Both the position numbers and the translations under genes were made by a program. A model generated the notes under the pieces. The model made no database searches. It was not told where the DNA came from and saw only the letters and a program-made list of their open reading frames with translations. Positions 1 through 13,400 of a stretch of 64,000 bases of DNA are shown piece by piece; the stretch's first letter is position 1; every line of letters starts with the position of its first letter. The DNA comes from the human T2T-CHM13v2.0 reference genome, Homo sapiens, in assembly GCF_009914755.1 (NCBI RefSeq), contig NC_060948.1. One strand, 5' to 3'.

Positions 1-340
1 ATGGAATGGAATCGAATGCAATGGAATGCTATGGAATGGAATGGAATGCATTGGAATGGAATGTCCGCTAATGGAATGGATTCGAGTGGAATGGAATCGA
101 ATATAATGGAGTCGAATGAAATGGAATTGAAAGGAATGGGATCGAATACAATGGAATATACTGGAATGTAACGTAATGAACTCGAATGTAATTGACTGGA
201 ATGGAATGTACATGAATGGAATGTAATCGAATGGAAAGTAATCCAATGGAATAGAATCTAATGCAATAAAATCGACTCAGATAGAGTAGAATGTAATGGA
301 ATGGAGTGCAGTGCAATGGAATGGAATGGAATGGAATGCA

Positions 341-390
341 ATGGAATGGAATGGAATGGAATGGAATGGAATGGAATGGAATGGAATGGA
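341..390 (+). repeat. Pure (GGAAT)n tract, one per monomer, variable copy number (n=5-10)
   Basis: Lies between GCAAT and GGGAT. Counts along the window are 10, 9, 10, 7, 10, 9, 10, 7, 7, 6, 5, 10, 5, 5, 5, 10, 10, 8, and a few copies contain one substituted pentamer. Coordinates are for the first copy. Confidence 0.9.
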
Positions 391-1132
391 ATGGGATGGA
401 ATGGTATGGAATGGATAGTAATGCACTGGAGTGAAATGGACTGGAAAGGAATGGACTCAAATTGACAGCGCTCGAAAGGAATGGAGTCAAATGGAATGGT
501 CTGGAATGGAATGAACACGAATGTAATGCAACCCAATAGAATGGAATCGAATGGCATGGAATATAAAGAAATGGAATCGAAGAGAATGGAAACAAATGGA
601 ATGGAATTGAATGGAATGGAATTGAATGGAATGGGAACGAATGGAGTGAAATTGTATGCAGTAGAAGAGAATAGAATGGAATGCAAGCGAAAGGAAAGGA
701 ATGGATTGGAATGGAATGGAATTCATTGGAATGGAAGGGAATGTAGTGTAATGGACAGGCCTGGAATAAAGTGGAATGCTACGGTCTCGAATGGAATAAA
801 AATGTATGGAATGGAAGGCAATGAAACGGAATCGAATGTCATAGAATGTAATGGAATGCAAAAAAATGGAATCCAAAATCATTGACTGGAAAGGCTGGGT
901 GTCGAAAGGAATTGACTCCAATGGAATGGAATCGAATGGAATGGAAGTGAATAGAATCGAACTAAATCGAATGGAATGGAATTGATAGGAACGGAATGGA
1001 AAGGAATGCAATGATTTGGCATGGAATGGAATCGAATGGCATCGAATGGAATGGAATGGAATGCAATGGAATGGAATGTATTAGAATGGAATGAACTTTA
1101 ATGGAATGTACTCGAATGGATTCGACTGGAAT

Positions 1133-1147
1133 GGAATGTTCTGGAAG
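1133..1147. promoter_or_regulatory. Perfect heat-shock element motif nGAAnnTTCnnGAAn (HSE-1), present in every monomer
   Basis: GGAATGTTCTGGAAG = GAA-tg-TTC-tg-GAA, found intact in all 18 copies. This is a motif match only; occupancy cannot be seen from sequence. Confidence 0.6.
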
Positions 1148-1412
1148 TGAATGGACTCCAATGGAATGGATTCAAAAGGAATGGAATCGTACGGAATGGA
1201 ATCTAATGGAATGGAATTAAATGGAAATGAATCAAATTGAATAGCACGGAATTGAATTGAATGGAATGGAATGCAATGGAATCTAATGAAACGGAAAGGA
1301 AAGGAATGGAATGGAATGGAATGGGCTGGAATGGAAAGGAATCGAAACGAATGGAATGGAATCGAAGTGAAGAGACTGGAATGGAATGCACTGGAATGTA
1401 AGGGAGTGTAAT

Positions 1413-1427
1413 GGAAGGTTCTCGAAA
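1413..1427. promoter_or_regulatory. Perfect heat-shock element motif (HSE-2), present in 14 of 18 monomers
   Basis: GGAAGGTTCTCGAAA = GAA-gg-TTC-tc-GAA. It is disrupted in unit 9 (~30060, GCTCTC), unit 14 (~47831, CTCGAC) and units 16 and 17 (GTTGTC). Confidence 0.55.
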
Positions 1428-4400
1428 AAAATGGAATCGAATGGAATGGAATTGAATGGAACGGAATAGAGTCGAATGGAATTGAATGGAATGGAATGGA
1501 CTAGAGTGAAATGGAATCGAACCACAAGGAATGGACAGGAATAGAATGGTCTCGAATTGAATGGAATCGTATGGAATGGCATCAAACGGAATGGAATGGA
1601 CAGCCACGGAATGGAATGCACTCGAATGCAATGGAGTCGAAACTAATGGACTGGAATAGAATGGACTCGACTGGTACGGACTCCAATGGAATGGAATCGA
1701 ATGGAAGGGAATCGAACGGAATGGAATCGAACGGAATGGACTCGAAGGGAAAAGACTGCAATGGAAAGGTCTCGAATGGAATGGAAATTAATGGAATGGA
1801 ATGGAATCGAATGAAATGGAGTCAAAAGGAATGGAATCGAATGGCAAGAAATCGAATGTAATGGAATCGCCAGGAATTGATGTGAACGGAACGGAATGGA
1901 ATGGAATCCAAAGGAATGGAATAGAATGGAATGGAATCGAATGGAAAGGACTCGAATGGAAATCACTCGAATAGAATGCAATTTAATAAAATAGGATCAA
2001 ATGTAATGGAATGGAATGGAAAGGAATCGAAACGAAAGGAATGGAGACAGATGGAATGGAATGGAACAGAGAGCAATGGTATAGAATGGAATGGAATCAT
2101 CTGGAATGGAATTGAATGGAATGGAATAATATGAAATGGAATGGAATGGAATGGAATGGAATGCCCTTGAATTAAATGGACTGGAATGGAATGGACTCAA
2201 ACAGAGTGGAATGGAAAGTGTGGAGATAGAATGGAATGAACTCCTTTGGAATGGTGTAGTATGCAATGCAATCGACTGGCAGGGAATCAAAAGGAATGTA
2301 ATCGAATGGATTGGACTGGAATGCAATGGACTCGAATAGATTGGAAACGGAATGCAAAGGAATGGAATGGAATAGTATGGAATGCAATGGAAGGGAATGG
2401 AGTGGAATAGACTAGAGTGGAATGGAATGGACTGGAAAGCAATGGACTGGAATGGAACTTTCTTGGATGGACTGGAATCAAACGGAATGGAATGCAATGC
2501 AATCAAATGGCATGGAATAAAATAGAATGAAAGAGAATCAAATGGAATTGAATCGAATGGAATCGAATGGATTGGAAAGGAATAGAATGGAATGGAATGG
2601 AATGGACTCAAATGGAATGGACTAGAATGGAATGGATTCGAATGGAAGGCAAAGGAATGGAATCTATTGGAATGGACTGTAATGGAATGGAATGGAAGGG
2701 ATTGGAATGGACTCGAATGGAATGGACTGCAATAGAAAGGATTCGAATGGAATGAAAAAGAATTGAATGGAATAGAACAGAATGGAATCAAATCGAATGA
2801 AATGGAATGGAATAGAAAGGAATGGAATGAAATGGAATGGAAAGGATTCGAATGGAATGCAATCGAATGGAATGGAATCGAACGGAATGGAATAAAATGG
2901 AAGAAAACTGGCAAGAAATGGAATCGAAATGAATGGAGTGTTATGGAACGGACTCAAAAGGAATTGAATGTAATAGAATGGAGTGGAGTGGACTCGAATA
3001 TAATGGACTGGAAAGGAATGAAATCACATGGAATGGGAACGAATGGAATGGAATGGAAAGGAATGGAATCGAATGGAAAGGAATCGAATGGAAGGGAATG
3101 AAATTGAATCAACACGAATGGAAGGGAATAGAATAGACTGTAATGGAATGGACTCGAATAGAATGGACACGAATGCTCAAATTGAATGGACTCGAATGGA
3201 ATGGAAACGAAAGGAATGTCACCGAATGGAATTGAATCGATTGGAATGAAATCGCATAGAATGGAGTGGAATCAAATGGAATTGAATCGAAAGGAAAGGA
3301 AGCGAATGGACTGAAATGAAATGGAATGGAATTGAATGGAAAGTAATGCAATGGAATAGAATGGAACGAAATTTCACGGAATGGAATCAAACTGAATGGA
3401 ATCAAATCAATGGAATCAAATCAAATGGAATGGAAAGGAATTGAATGGAGTAGATGGGATTGGATGGGATTGGAATGAAATGTACTGGAAAGGACTCGAA
3501 TTTCATGAAACGGAATGGAATGAATTGGAACGGAATGGACTCGAATGGAATGGAATGTCATGGGATGGCATCAAATGGAATGACATCAAATGGAATGGAA
3601 TCGAATGCAATGGAATGCTATGGAATGGAATGGAATGCATTGGAATGGAATGTCCGCTAATGGAATGGATTCGAGTGGAATGTAATTGAATATAATGGAG
3701 TCGAATGAAATGGAATTGAAAGGAATGGGATCGAATACAATGGAATATACTGGAATGTAACGTAATGAACTGGAATGTAATTGACTGGAATGGAATGTAC
3801 ATGAATGGAATGTAATCGAATGGAAAGTAATCCAATGGAATAGAATCTAATGCAATAAAATCGACTCAGATAGAGTAGAATGTAATGGAATGGAGTGCAG
3901 TGCAATGGAATGGAATGGAATGGAATGCAATGGAATGGAATGGAATGGAATGGAATGGAATGGAATGGAATGGAATGGGATGGAATGGTATGGAATGGAT
4001 AGTAATGGACTGGAGTGAAATGGACTGGAAAGGAATGGACTCAAATTGAAAGGGCTCGAAAGGAATGGAGTCAAATGGAATGGTCTGGAATGGAATGAAC
4101 ACGAATGTAATGCAACCCAATAGAATGGAATCGAATGGCATGGAATATAAAGAAATGGAATCGAAGAGAATGGAAACAAATGGAATGGAATTGAATGGAA
4201 TGGAATTGAATGGAATGGGAACGAATGGAGTGAAATTGTATGCAGTAGAAGAGAATAGAATGGAATGCAAGCGAAAGGAAAGGAATGGATTGGAATGGAA
4301 TGGAATTCATTGGAATGGAAGGGAATGTAGTGTAATGGACAGGCCTGGAATAAAGTGGAATGCTACGGTCTCGAATGGAATAAAAATGTATGGAATGGAA

Positions 4401-7400
4401 TGCAATGAAACGGAATCGAATGTCATAGAATGTAATGGAATGCAAAAAAATGGAATCCAAAATCATTGACTGGAAAGGCTGGGTGTCGAAAGGAATTGAC
4501 TCCAATGGAATGGAATCGAATGGAATGGAAGTGAATAGAATCGAACTAAATCGAATGGAATGGAATTGATAGGAACGGAATGGAAAGGAATGCAATGATT
4601 TGGCATGGAATGGAATCGAATGGCATCGAATGGAATGGAATGGAATGCAATGGAATGGAATGTATTAGAATGGAATGAACTTTAATGGAATGTACTCGAA
4701 TGGATTCGACTGGAATGGAATGTTCTGGAAGTGAATGGACTCCAATGGAATGGATTCAAAAGGAATGGAATCGTACGGAATGGAATCTAATGGAATGGAA
4801 TTAAATGGAAATGAATCAAATTGAATAGCACGGAATTGAATTGAATGGAATGGAATGCAATGGAATCTAATGAAACGGAAAGGAAAGGAATGGAATGGAA
4901 TGGAATGGGCTGGAATGGAAAGGAATCGAAACGAATGGAATGGAATCGAAGTGAAGAGACTGGAATGGAATGCACTGGAATGGAAGGGAGTGTAATGGAA
5001 GGTTCTCGAAAAAAATGGAATCGAATGGAATGGAATTGAATGGAACGGAATAGAGTCGAATGGAATTGAATGGAATGGAATGGACTAGAGTGAAATGGAA
5101 TCGAACCACAAGGAATGGACAGGAATAGAATGGTCTCGAATTGAATGGAATCGTATGGAATGGCATCAAACGGAATGGAATGGACAGCCACGGAATGGAA
5201 TGCACTCGAATGCAATGGAGTCGAAACTAATGGACTGGAATAGAATGGACTCGACTGGTACGGACTCCAATGGAATGGAATCGAATGGAAGGGAATCGAA
5301 CGGAATGGAATCGAACGGAATGGACTCGAAGGGAAAAGACTGCAATGGAAAGGTCTCGAATGGAATGGAAATTAATGGAATGGAATGGAATCGAATGAAA
5401 TGGAGTCAAAAGGAATGGAATCGAATGGCAAGAAATCGAATGTAATGGAATCGCCAGGAATTGATGTGAACGGAACGGAATGGAATGGAATCCAAAGGAA
5501 TGGAATAGAATGGAATGGAATCGAATGGAAAGGACTCGAATGGAAATCACTCGAATAGAATGCAATTTAATAAAATAGGATCAAATGTAATGGAATGGAA
5601 TGGAAAGGAATCGAAACGAAAGGAATGGAGACAGATGGAATGGAATGGAACAGAGAGCAATGGTATAGCATGGAATGGAATCATCTGGAATGGAATTGAA
5701 TGGAATGGAATAATATGAAATGGAATGGAATGGAATGGAATGGAATGCCCTTGAATTAAATGGACTGGAATGGAATGGACTCAAACAGAGTGGAATGGAA
5801 AGTGTGGAGATAGAATGGAATGAACTCCTTTGGAATGGTGTAGTATGCAATGCAATCGACTGGCAGGGAATCAAAAGGAATGTAATCGAATGGATTGGAC
5901 TGGAATGCAATGGACTCGAATAGATTGGAAACGGAATGCAAAGGAATGGAATGGAATAGTATGGAATGCAATGGAAGGGAATGGAGTGGAATAGACTAGA
6001 GTGGAATGGAATGGACTGGAAAGCAATGGACTGGAATGGAACTTTCTTGGATGGACTGGAATCAAACGGAATGGAATGCAATGCAATCAAATGGCATGGA
6101 ATAAAATAGAATGAAAGAGAATCAAATGGAATTGAATCGAATGGAATCGAATGGATTGGAAAGGAATAGAATGGAATGGAATGGAATGGACTCAAATGGA
6201 ATGTACTAGAATGGAATGGATTCGAATGGAAGGCAAAGGAATGGAATCTATTGGAATGGACTGTAATGGAATGGAATGGAAGGGATTGGAATGGACTCGA
6301 ATGGAATGGACTGCAATAGAAAGGATTCGAATGGAATGAAAAAGAATTGAATGGAATAGAACAGAATGGAATCAAATCGAATGAAATGGAATGGAATAGA
6401 AAGGAATGGAATGAAATGGAATGGAAAGGATTCGAATGGAATGCAATCGAATGGAATGGAATCGAACGGAATGGAATAAAATGGAAGAAAACTGGCAAGA
6501 AATGGAATCGAAATGAATGGAGTGTTATGGAACGGACTCAAAAGGAATTGAATGTAATAGAATGGAGTGGAGTGGACTCGAATATAATGGACTGGAATGG
6601 AATGAAATCACATGGAATGGGAACGAATGGAATGGAATGGAAAGGAATGGAATCGAATGGAAAGGAATCGAATGGAAGGGAATGAAATTGAATCAACACG
6701 AATGGAAGGGAATAGAATAGACTGTAATGGAATGGACTCGAATAGAATGGACACGAATGCTCAAATTGAATGGACTCGAATGGAATGGAAACGAAAGGAA
6801 TGTCACCGAATGGAATTGAATCGATTGGAATGAAATCGCATAGAATGGAGTGGAATCAAATGGAATTGAATCGAAAGGAAAGGAAGCGAATGGACTGAAA
6901 TGAAATGGAATGGAATTGAATGGAAAGTAATGCAATGGAATAGAATGGAACGAAATTTCACGGAATGGAATCAAACTGAATGGAATCAAATCAATGGAAT
7001 CAAATCAAATGGAATGGAAAGGAATTGAATGGAGTAGATGGGATTGGATGGGATTGGAATGAAATGTACTGGAAAGGACTCGAATTTCATGAAACGGAAT
7101 GGAATGAATTGGAACGGAATGGACTCGAATGGAATGGAATGTCATGGGATGGCATCAAATGGAATGACATCAAATGGAATGGAATCGAATGCAATGGAAT
7201 GCTATGGAATGGAATGGAATGCATTGGAATGGAATGTCCGCTAATGGAATGGATTCGAGTGGAATGTAATTGAATATAATGGAGTCGAATGAAATGGAAT
7301 TGAAAGGAATGGGATCGAATACAATGGAATATACTGGAATGTAACGTAATGAACTGGAATGTAATTGACTGGAATGGAATGTACATGAATGGAATGTAAT

Positions 7401-10400
7401 CGAATGGAAAGTAATCCAATGGAATAGAATCTAATGCAATAAAATCGACTCAGATAGAGTAGAATGTAATGGAATGGAGTGCAGTGCAATGGAATGGAAT
7501 GGAATGGAATGCAATGGAATGGAATGGAATGGAATGGAATGGAATGGAATGGAATGGAATGGAATGGGATGGAATGGTATGGAATGGATAGTAATGGACT
7601 GGAGTGAAATGGACTGGAAAGGAATGGACTCAAATTGAAAGGGCTCGAAAGGAATGGAGTCAAATGGAATGGTCTGGAATGGAATGAACACGAATGTAAT
7701 GCAACCCAATAGAATGGAATCGAATGGCATGGAATATAAAGAAATGGAATCGAAGAGAATGGAAACAAATGGAATGGAATTGAATGGAATGGAATTGAAT
7801 GGAATGGGAACGAATGGAGTGAAATTGTATGCAGTAGAAGAGAATAGAATGGAATGCAAGCGAAAGGAAAGGAATGGATTGGAATGGAATGGAATTCATT
7901 GGAATGGAAGGGAATGTAGTGTAATGGACAGGCCTGGAATAAAGTGGAATGCTACGGTCTCGAATGGAATAAAAATGTATGGAATGGAATGCAATGAAAC
8001 GGAATCGAATGTCATAGAATGTAATGGAATGCAAAAAAATGGAATCCAAAATCATTGACTGGAAAGGCTGGGTGTCGAAAGGAATTGACTCCAATGGAAT
8101 GGAATCGAATGGAATGGAAGTGAATAGAATCGAACTAAATCGAATGGAATGGAATTGATAGGAACGGAATGGAAAGGAATGCAATGATTTGGCATGGAAT
8201 GGAATCGAATGGCATCGAATGGAATGGAATGCAATGGAATGGAATGTATTAGAATGTAATGAACTTTAATGGAATGTACTCGAATGGATTCGACTGGAAT
8301 GGAATGTTCTGGAAGTGAATGGACTCCAATGGAATGGATTCAAAAGGAATGGAATCGTACGGAATGGAATCTAATGGAATGGAATTAAATGGAAATGAAT
8401 CAAATTGAATAGCACGGAATTGAATTGAATGGAATGGAATGCAATGGAATCTAATGAAACGGAAAGGAAAGGAATGGAATGGAATGGAATGGGCTGGAAT
8501 GGAAAGGAATCGAAACGAATGGAATGGAATCGAAGTGAAGAGACTGGAATGGAATGCACTGGAATGGAAGGGAGTGTAATGGAAGGTTCTCGAAAAAAAT
8601 GGAATCGAATGGAATGGAATTGAATGGAACGGAATAGAGTCGAATGGAATTGAATGGAATGGAATGGACTAGAGTGAAATGGAATCGAACCACAAGGAAT
8701 GGACAGGAATAGAATGGTCTCGAATTGAATGGAATCGTATGGAATGGCATCAAACGGAATGGAATGGACAGCCACGGAATGGAATGCACTCGAATGCAAT
8801 GGAGTCGAAACTAATGGACTGGAATAGAATGGACTCGACTGGTACGGACTCCAATGGAATGGAATCGAATGGAAGGGAATCGAACGGAATGGAATCGAAC
8901 GGAATGGACTCGAAGGGAAAAGACTGCAATGGAAAGGTCTCGAATGGAATGGAAATTAATGGAATGGAATGGAATCGAATGAAATGGAGTCAAAAGGAAT
9001 GGAATCGAATGGCAAGAAATCGAATGTAATGGAATCGCCAGGAATTGATGTGAACGGAACGGAATGGAATGGAATCCAAAGGAATGGAATAGAATGGAAT
9101 GGAATCGAATGGAAAGGACTCGAATGGAAATCACTCGAATAGAATGCAATTTAATAAAATAGGATCAAATGTAATGGAATGGAATGGAAAGGAATCGAAA
9201 CGAAAGGAATGGAGACAGATGGAATGGAATGGAACAGAGAGCAATGGTATAGAATGGAATGGAATCATCTGGAATGGAATTGAATGGAATGGAATAATAT
9301 GAAATGGAATGGAATGGAATGGAATGGAATGCCCTTGAATTAAATGGACTGGAATGGAATGGACTCAAACAGAGTGGAATGGAAAGTGTGGAGATAGAAT
9401 GGAATGAACTCCTTTGGAATGGTGTAGTATGCAATGCAATCGACTGGCAGGGAATCAAAAGGAATGTAATCGAATGGATTGGACTGGAATGCAATGGACT
9501 CGAATAGATTGGAAACGGAATGCAAAGGAATGGAATGGAATAGTATGGAATGCAATGGAAGGGAATGGAGTGGAATAGACTAGAGTGGAATGGAATGGAC
9601 TGGAAAGCAATGGACTGGAATGGAACTTTCTTGGATGGACTGGAATCAAACGGAATGGAATGCAGTGCAATCAAATGGCATGGAATAAAATAGAATGAAA
9701 GAGAATCAAATGGAATTGAATCGAATGGAATCGAATGGATTGGAAAGGAATAGAATGGAATGGAATGGAATTGACTCAAATGGAATGGACTAGAATGGAA
9801 TGGATTCGAATGGAAGGCAAAGGAATGGAATCTATTGGAATGGACTGTAATGGAATGGAATGGAAGGGATTGGAATGGACTCGAATGGAATGGACTGCAA
9901 TAGAAAGGATTCGAATGGAATGAAAAAGAATTGAATGGAATAGAACAGAATGGAATCAAATCGAATGAAATGGAATGGAATAGAAAGGAATGGAATGAAA
10001 TGGAATGGAAAGGATTCGAATGGAATGCAATCGAATGGAATGGAATCGAACGGAATGGAATAAAATGGAAGAAAACTGGCAAGAAATGGAATCGAAATGA
10101 ATGGAGTGTTATGGAACGGACTCAAAAGGAATTGAATGTAATAGAATGGAGTGGAGTGGACTCGAATATAATGGACTGGAATGGAATGAAATCACATGGA
10201 ATGGGAACGAATGGAATGGAATGGAAAGGAATGGAATCGAATGGAAAGGAATCGAATGGAAGGGAATGAAATTGAATCAACAGGAATGGAAGGGAATAGA
10301 ATAGACTGTAATGGAATGGACTCGAATAGAATGGACACGAATGCTCAAATTAAATGGACTCGAATGGAATGGAAACGTAAGGAATGTCATCGAATGGAAT

Positions 10401-13400
10401 TGAATCGATTGGAATGAAATCGCATAGAATGGAGTGGAATCAAATGGAATTGAATCGAAAGGAAAGGAAGCGAATGGACTGAAATGAAATGGAATGGAAT
10501 TGAATGGAAAGTAATGCAATGGAATAGAATGGAACGAAATTTCACGGAATGGAATCAAACTGAATGGAATCAAATCAATGGAATCAAATCAAATGGAATG
10601 GAAAGGAATTGAATGGAGTAGATGGGATTGGATGGGATTGGAATGAAATGTACTGGAAAGGACTCGAATTTCATGAAACGGAATGGAATGAATTGGAACG
10701 GAATTGACTCGAATGGAATGGAATGTCATGGGATGGCATCAAATGGAATGGCATCAAATGGAATGGAATCGAATGCAATGGAATGCTATGGAATGGAATG
10801 GAATGCATTGGAATGGAATGTCCGCTAATGGAATGGATTCGAGTGGAATGGAATTGAATATAATGGAGTCGAATGAAATGGAATTGAAAGGAATGGGATC
10901 GAATACAATGGAATATACTGGAATGTAACGTAATGAACTGGAATGTAATTGACTGGAATGGAATGTACATGAATGGAATGTAATCGAATGGAAAGTAATC
11001 CAATGGAATAGAATCTAATGCAATAAAATCGACTCAGATAGAGTAGAATGTAATGGAATGGAGTGCAGTGCAATGGAATGGAATGGAATGGAATGCAATG
11101 GAATGGAATGGAATGGAATGGAATGGAATGGAATGGGATGGAATGGTATGGAATGGATAGTAATGGACTGGAGTGAAATGGACTGGAAAGGAATGGACTC
11201 AAATTGAAAGGGCTCGAAAGGAATGGAGTCAAATGGAATGGTCTGGAATGGAATGAACACGAATGTAATGCAACCCAATAGAATGGAATCGAATGGCATG
11301 GAATATAAAGAAATGGAATCGAAGAGAATGGAAACAAATGGAATGGAATTGAATGGAATGGAATTGAATGGAATGGGAACGAATGGAGTGAAATTGTATG
11401 CAGTAGAAGAGAATAGAATGGAATGCAAGCGAAAGGAAAGGAATGGATTGGAATGGAATGGAATTCATTGGAATGGAAGGGAATGTAGTGTAATGGACAG
11501 GCCTGGAATAAAGTGGAATGCTACGGTCTCGAATGGAATAAAAATGTATGGAATGGAATGCAATGAAACGGAATCGAATGTCATAGAATGTAATGGAATG
11601 CAAAAAAATGGAATCCAAAATCATTGACTGGAAAGGCTGGGTGTCGAAAGGAATTGACTCCAATGGAATGGAATCGAATGGAATGGAAGTGAATAGAATC
11701 GAACTAAATCGAATGGAATGGAATTGATAGGAACGGAATGGAAAGGAATGCAATGATTTGGCATGGAATGGAATCGAATGGCATCGAATGGAATGGAATG
11801 GAATGCAATGGAATGGAATGTATTAGAATGGAATGAACTTTAATGGAATGTACTCGAATGGATTCGACTGGAATGGAATGTTCTGGAAGTGAATGGACTC
11901 CAATGGAATGGATTCAAAAGGAATGGAATCGTACGGAATGGAATCTAATGGAATGGAATTAAATGGAAATGAATCAAATTGAATAGCACGGAATTGAATT
12001 GAATGGAATGGAATGCAATGGAATCTAATGAAACGGAAAGGAAAGGAATGGAATGGAATGGAATGGGCTGGAATGGAAAGGAATCGAAACGAATGGAATG
12101 GAATCGAAGTGAAGAGACTGGAATGGAATGCACTGGAATGGAAGGGAGTGTAATGGAAGGTTCTCGAAAAAAATGGAATCGAATGGAATGGAATTGAATG
12201 GAACGGAATAGAGTCGAATGGAATTGAATGGAATGGAATGGACTAGAGTGAAATGGAATCGAACCACAAGGAATGGACAGGAATAGAATGGTCTCGAATT
12301 GAATGGAATCGTATGGAATGGCATCAAACGGAATGGAATGGACAGCCACGGAATGGAATGCACTCGAATGCAATGGAGTCGAAACTAATGGACTGGAATA
12401 GAATGGACTCGACTGGTACGGACTCCAATGGAATGGAATCGAATGGAAGGGAATCGAACGGAATGGAATCGAACGGAATGGACTCGAAGGGAAAAGACTG
12501 CAATGGAAAGGTCTCGAATGGAATGGAAATTAATGGAATGGAATGGAATCGAATGAAATGGAGTCAAAAGGAATGGAATCGAATGGCAAGAAATCGAATG
12601 TAATGGAATCGCCAGGAATTGATGTGAACGGAACGGAATGGAATGGAATCCAAAGGAATGGAATAGAATGGAATGGAATCGAATGGAAAGGACTCGAATG
12701 GAAATCACTCGAATAGAATGCAATTTAATAAAATAGGATCAAATGTAATGGAATGGAATGGAAAGGAATCGAAACGAAAGGAATGGAGACAGATGGAATG
12801 GAATGGAACAGAGAGCAATGGTATAGAATGGAATGGAATCATCTGGAATGGAATTGAATGGAATGGAATAATATGAAATGGAATGGAATGGAATGGAATG
12901 GAATGCCCTTGAATTAAATGGACTGGAATGGAATGGACTCAAACAGAGTGGAATGGAAAGTGTGGAGATAGAATGGAATGAACTCCTTTGGAATGGTGTA
13001 GTATGCAATGCAATCGACTGGCAGGGAATCAAAAGGAATGTAATCGAATGGATTGGACTGGAATGCAATGGACTCGAATAGATTGGAAACGGAATGCAAA
13101 GGAATGGAATGGAATAATATGGAATGCAATGGAAGGGAATGGAGTGGAATAGACTAGAGTGGAATGGAATGGACTGGAAAGCAATGGACTGGAATGGAAC
13201 TTTCTTGGATGGACTGGAATCAAACGGAATGGAATGCAGTGCAATCAAATGGCATGGAATAAAATAGAATGAAAGAGAATCAAATGGAATTGAATCGAAT
13301 GGAATCGAATGGATTGGAAAGGAATAGAATGGAATGGAATGGAATTGACTCAAATGGAATGGACTAGAATGGAATGGATTCGAATGGAAGGCAAAGGAAT

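Larger units (their letters stand above)
758..4341 (+). repeat. Representative complete monomer (unit 1, 3,584 bp, HaeIII to HaeIII)
   Basis: GGCC at 758 and 4342. The same ordered set of non-GGAAT landmarks (GGCTGGGTGTCG, GACAGCCACGG, GCCCTTGAATT, GAAAACTGGCAAG, CTCAGATAGAG) recurs once in every unit. Confidence 0.97.

Noticed and set aside
719-762. Palindromes GAATTC, AGGCCT and the many TCGA sites as functional hairpins or operators
   Set aside because: They are only 4-6 bp long. They are useful as unit markers but there is no evidence of function and no longer inverted repeats.
3451-3475. G-quadruplex potential at GATGGGATTGGATGGGATTGG
   Set aside because: There are only two GGG runs and they are lost in part in right-type units. 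This does not meet the four-run G3 pattern.
758-4341. Possible internal dimer (2 x ~1.8 kb) or sub-repeat structure within the monomer, suggested by recurring words such as GACTCCAATGG (~915, ~1155, ~1679) and GGTCTCGAA (~783, ~1548, ~1768)
   Set aside because: The spacings are irregular, and the landmarks I checked do not recur at ~1.8 kb. Such words are only a few substitutions from common pentamer combinations. An autocorrelation on GGAAT-masked sequence would be needed to revive this idea.
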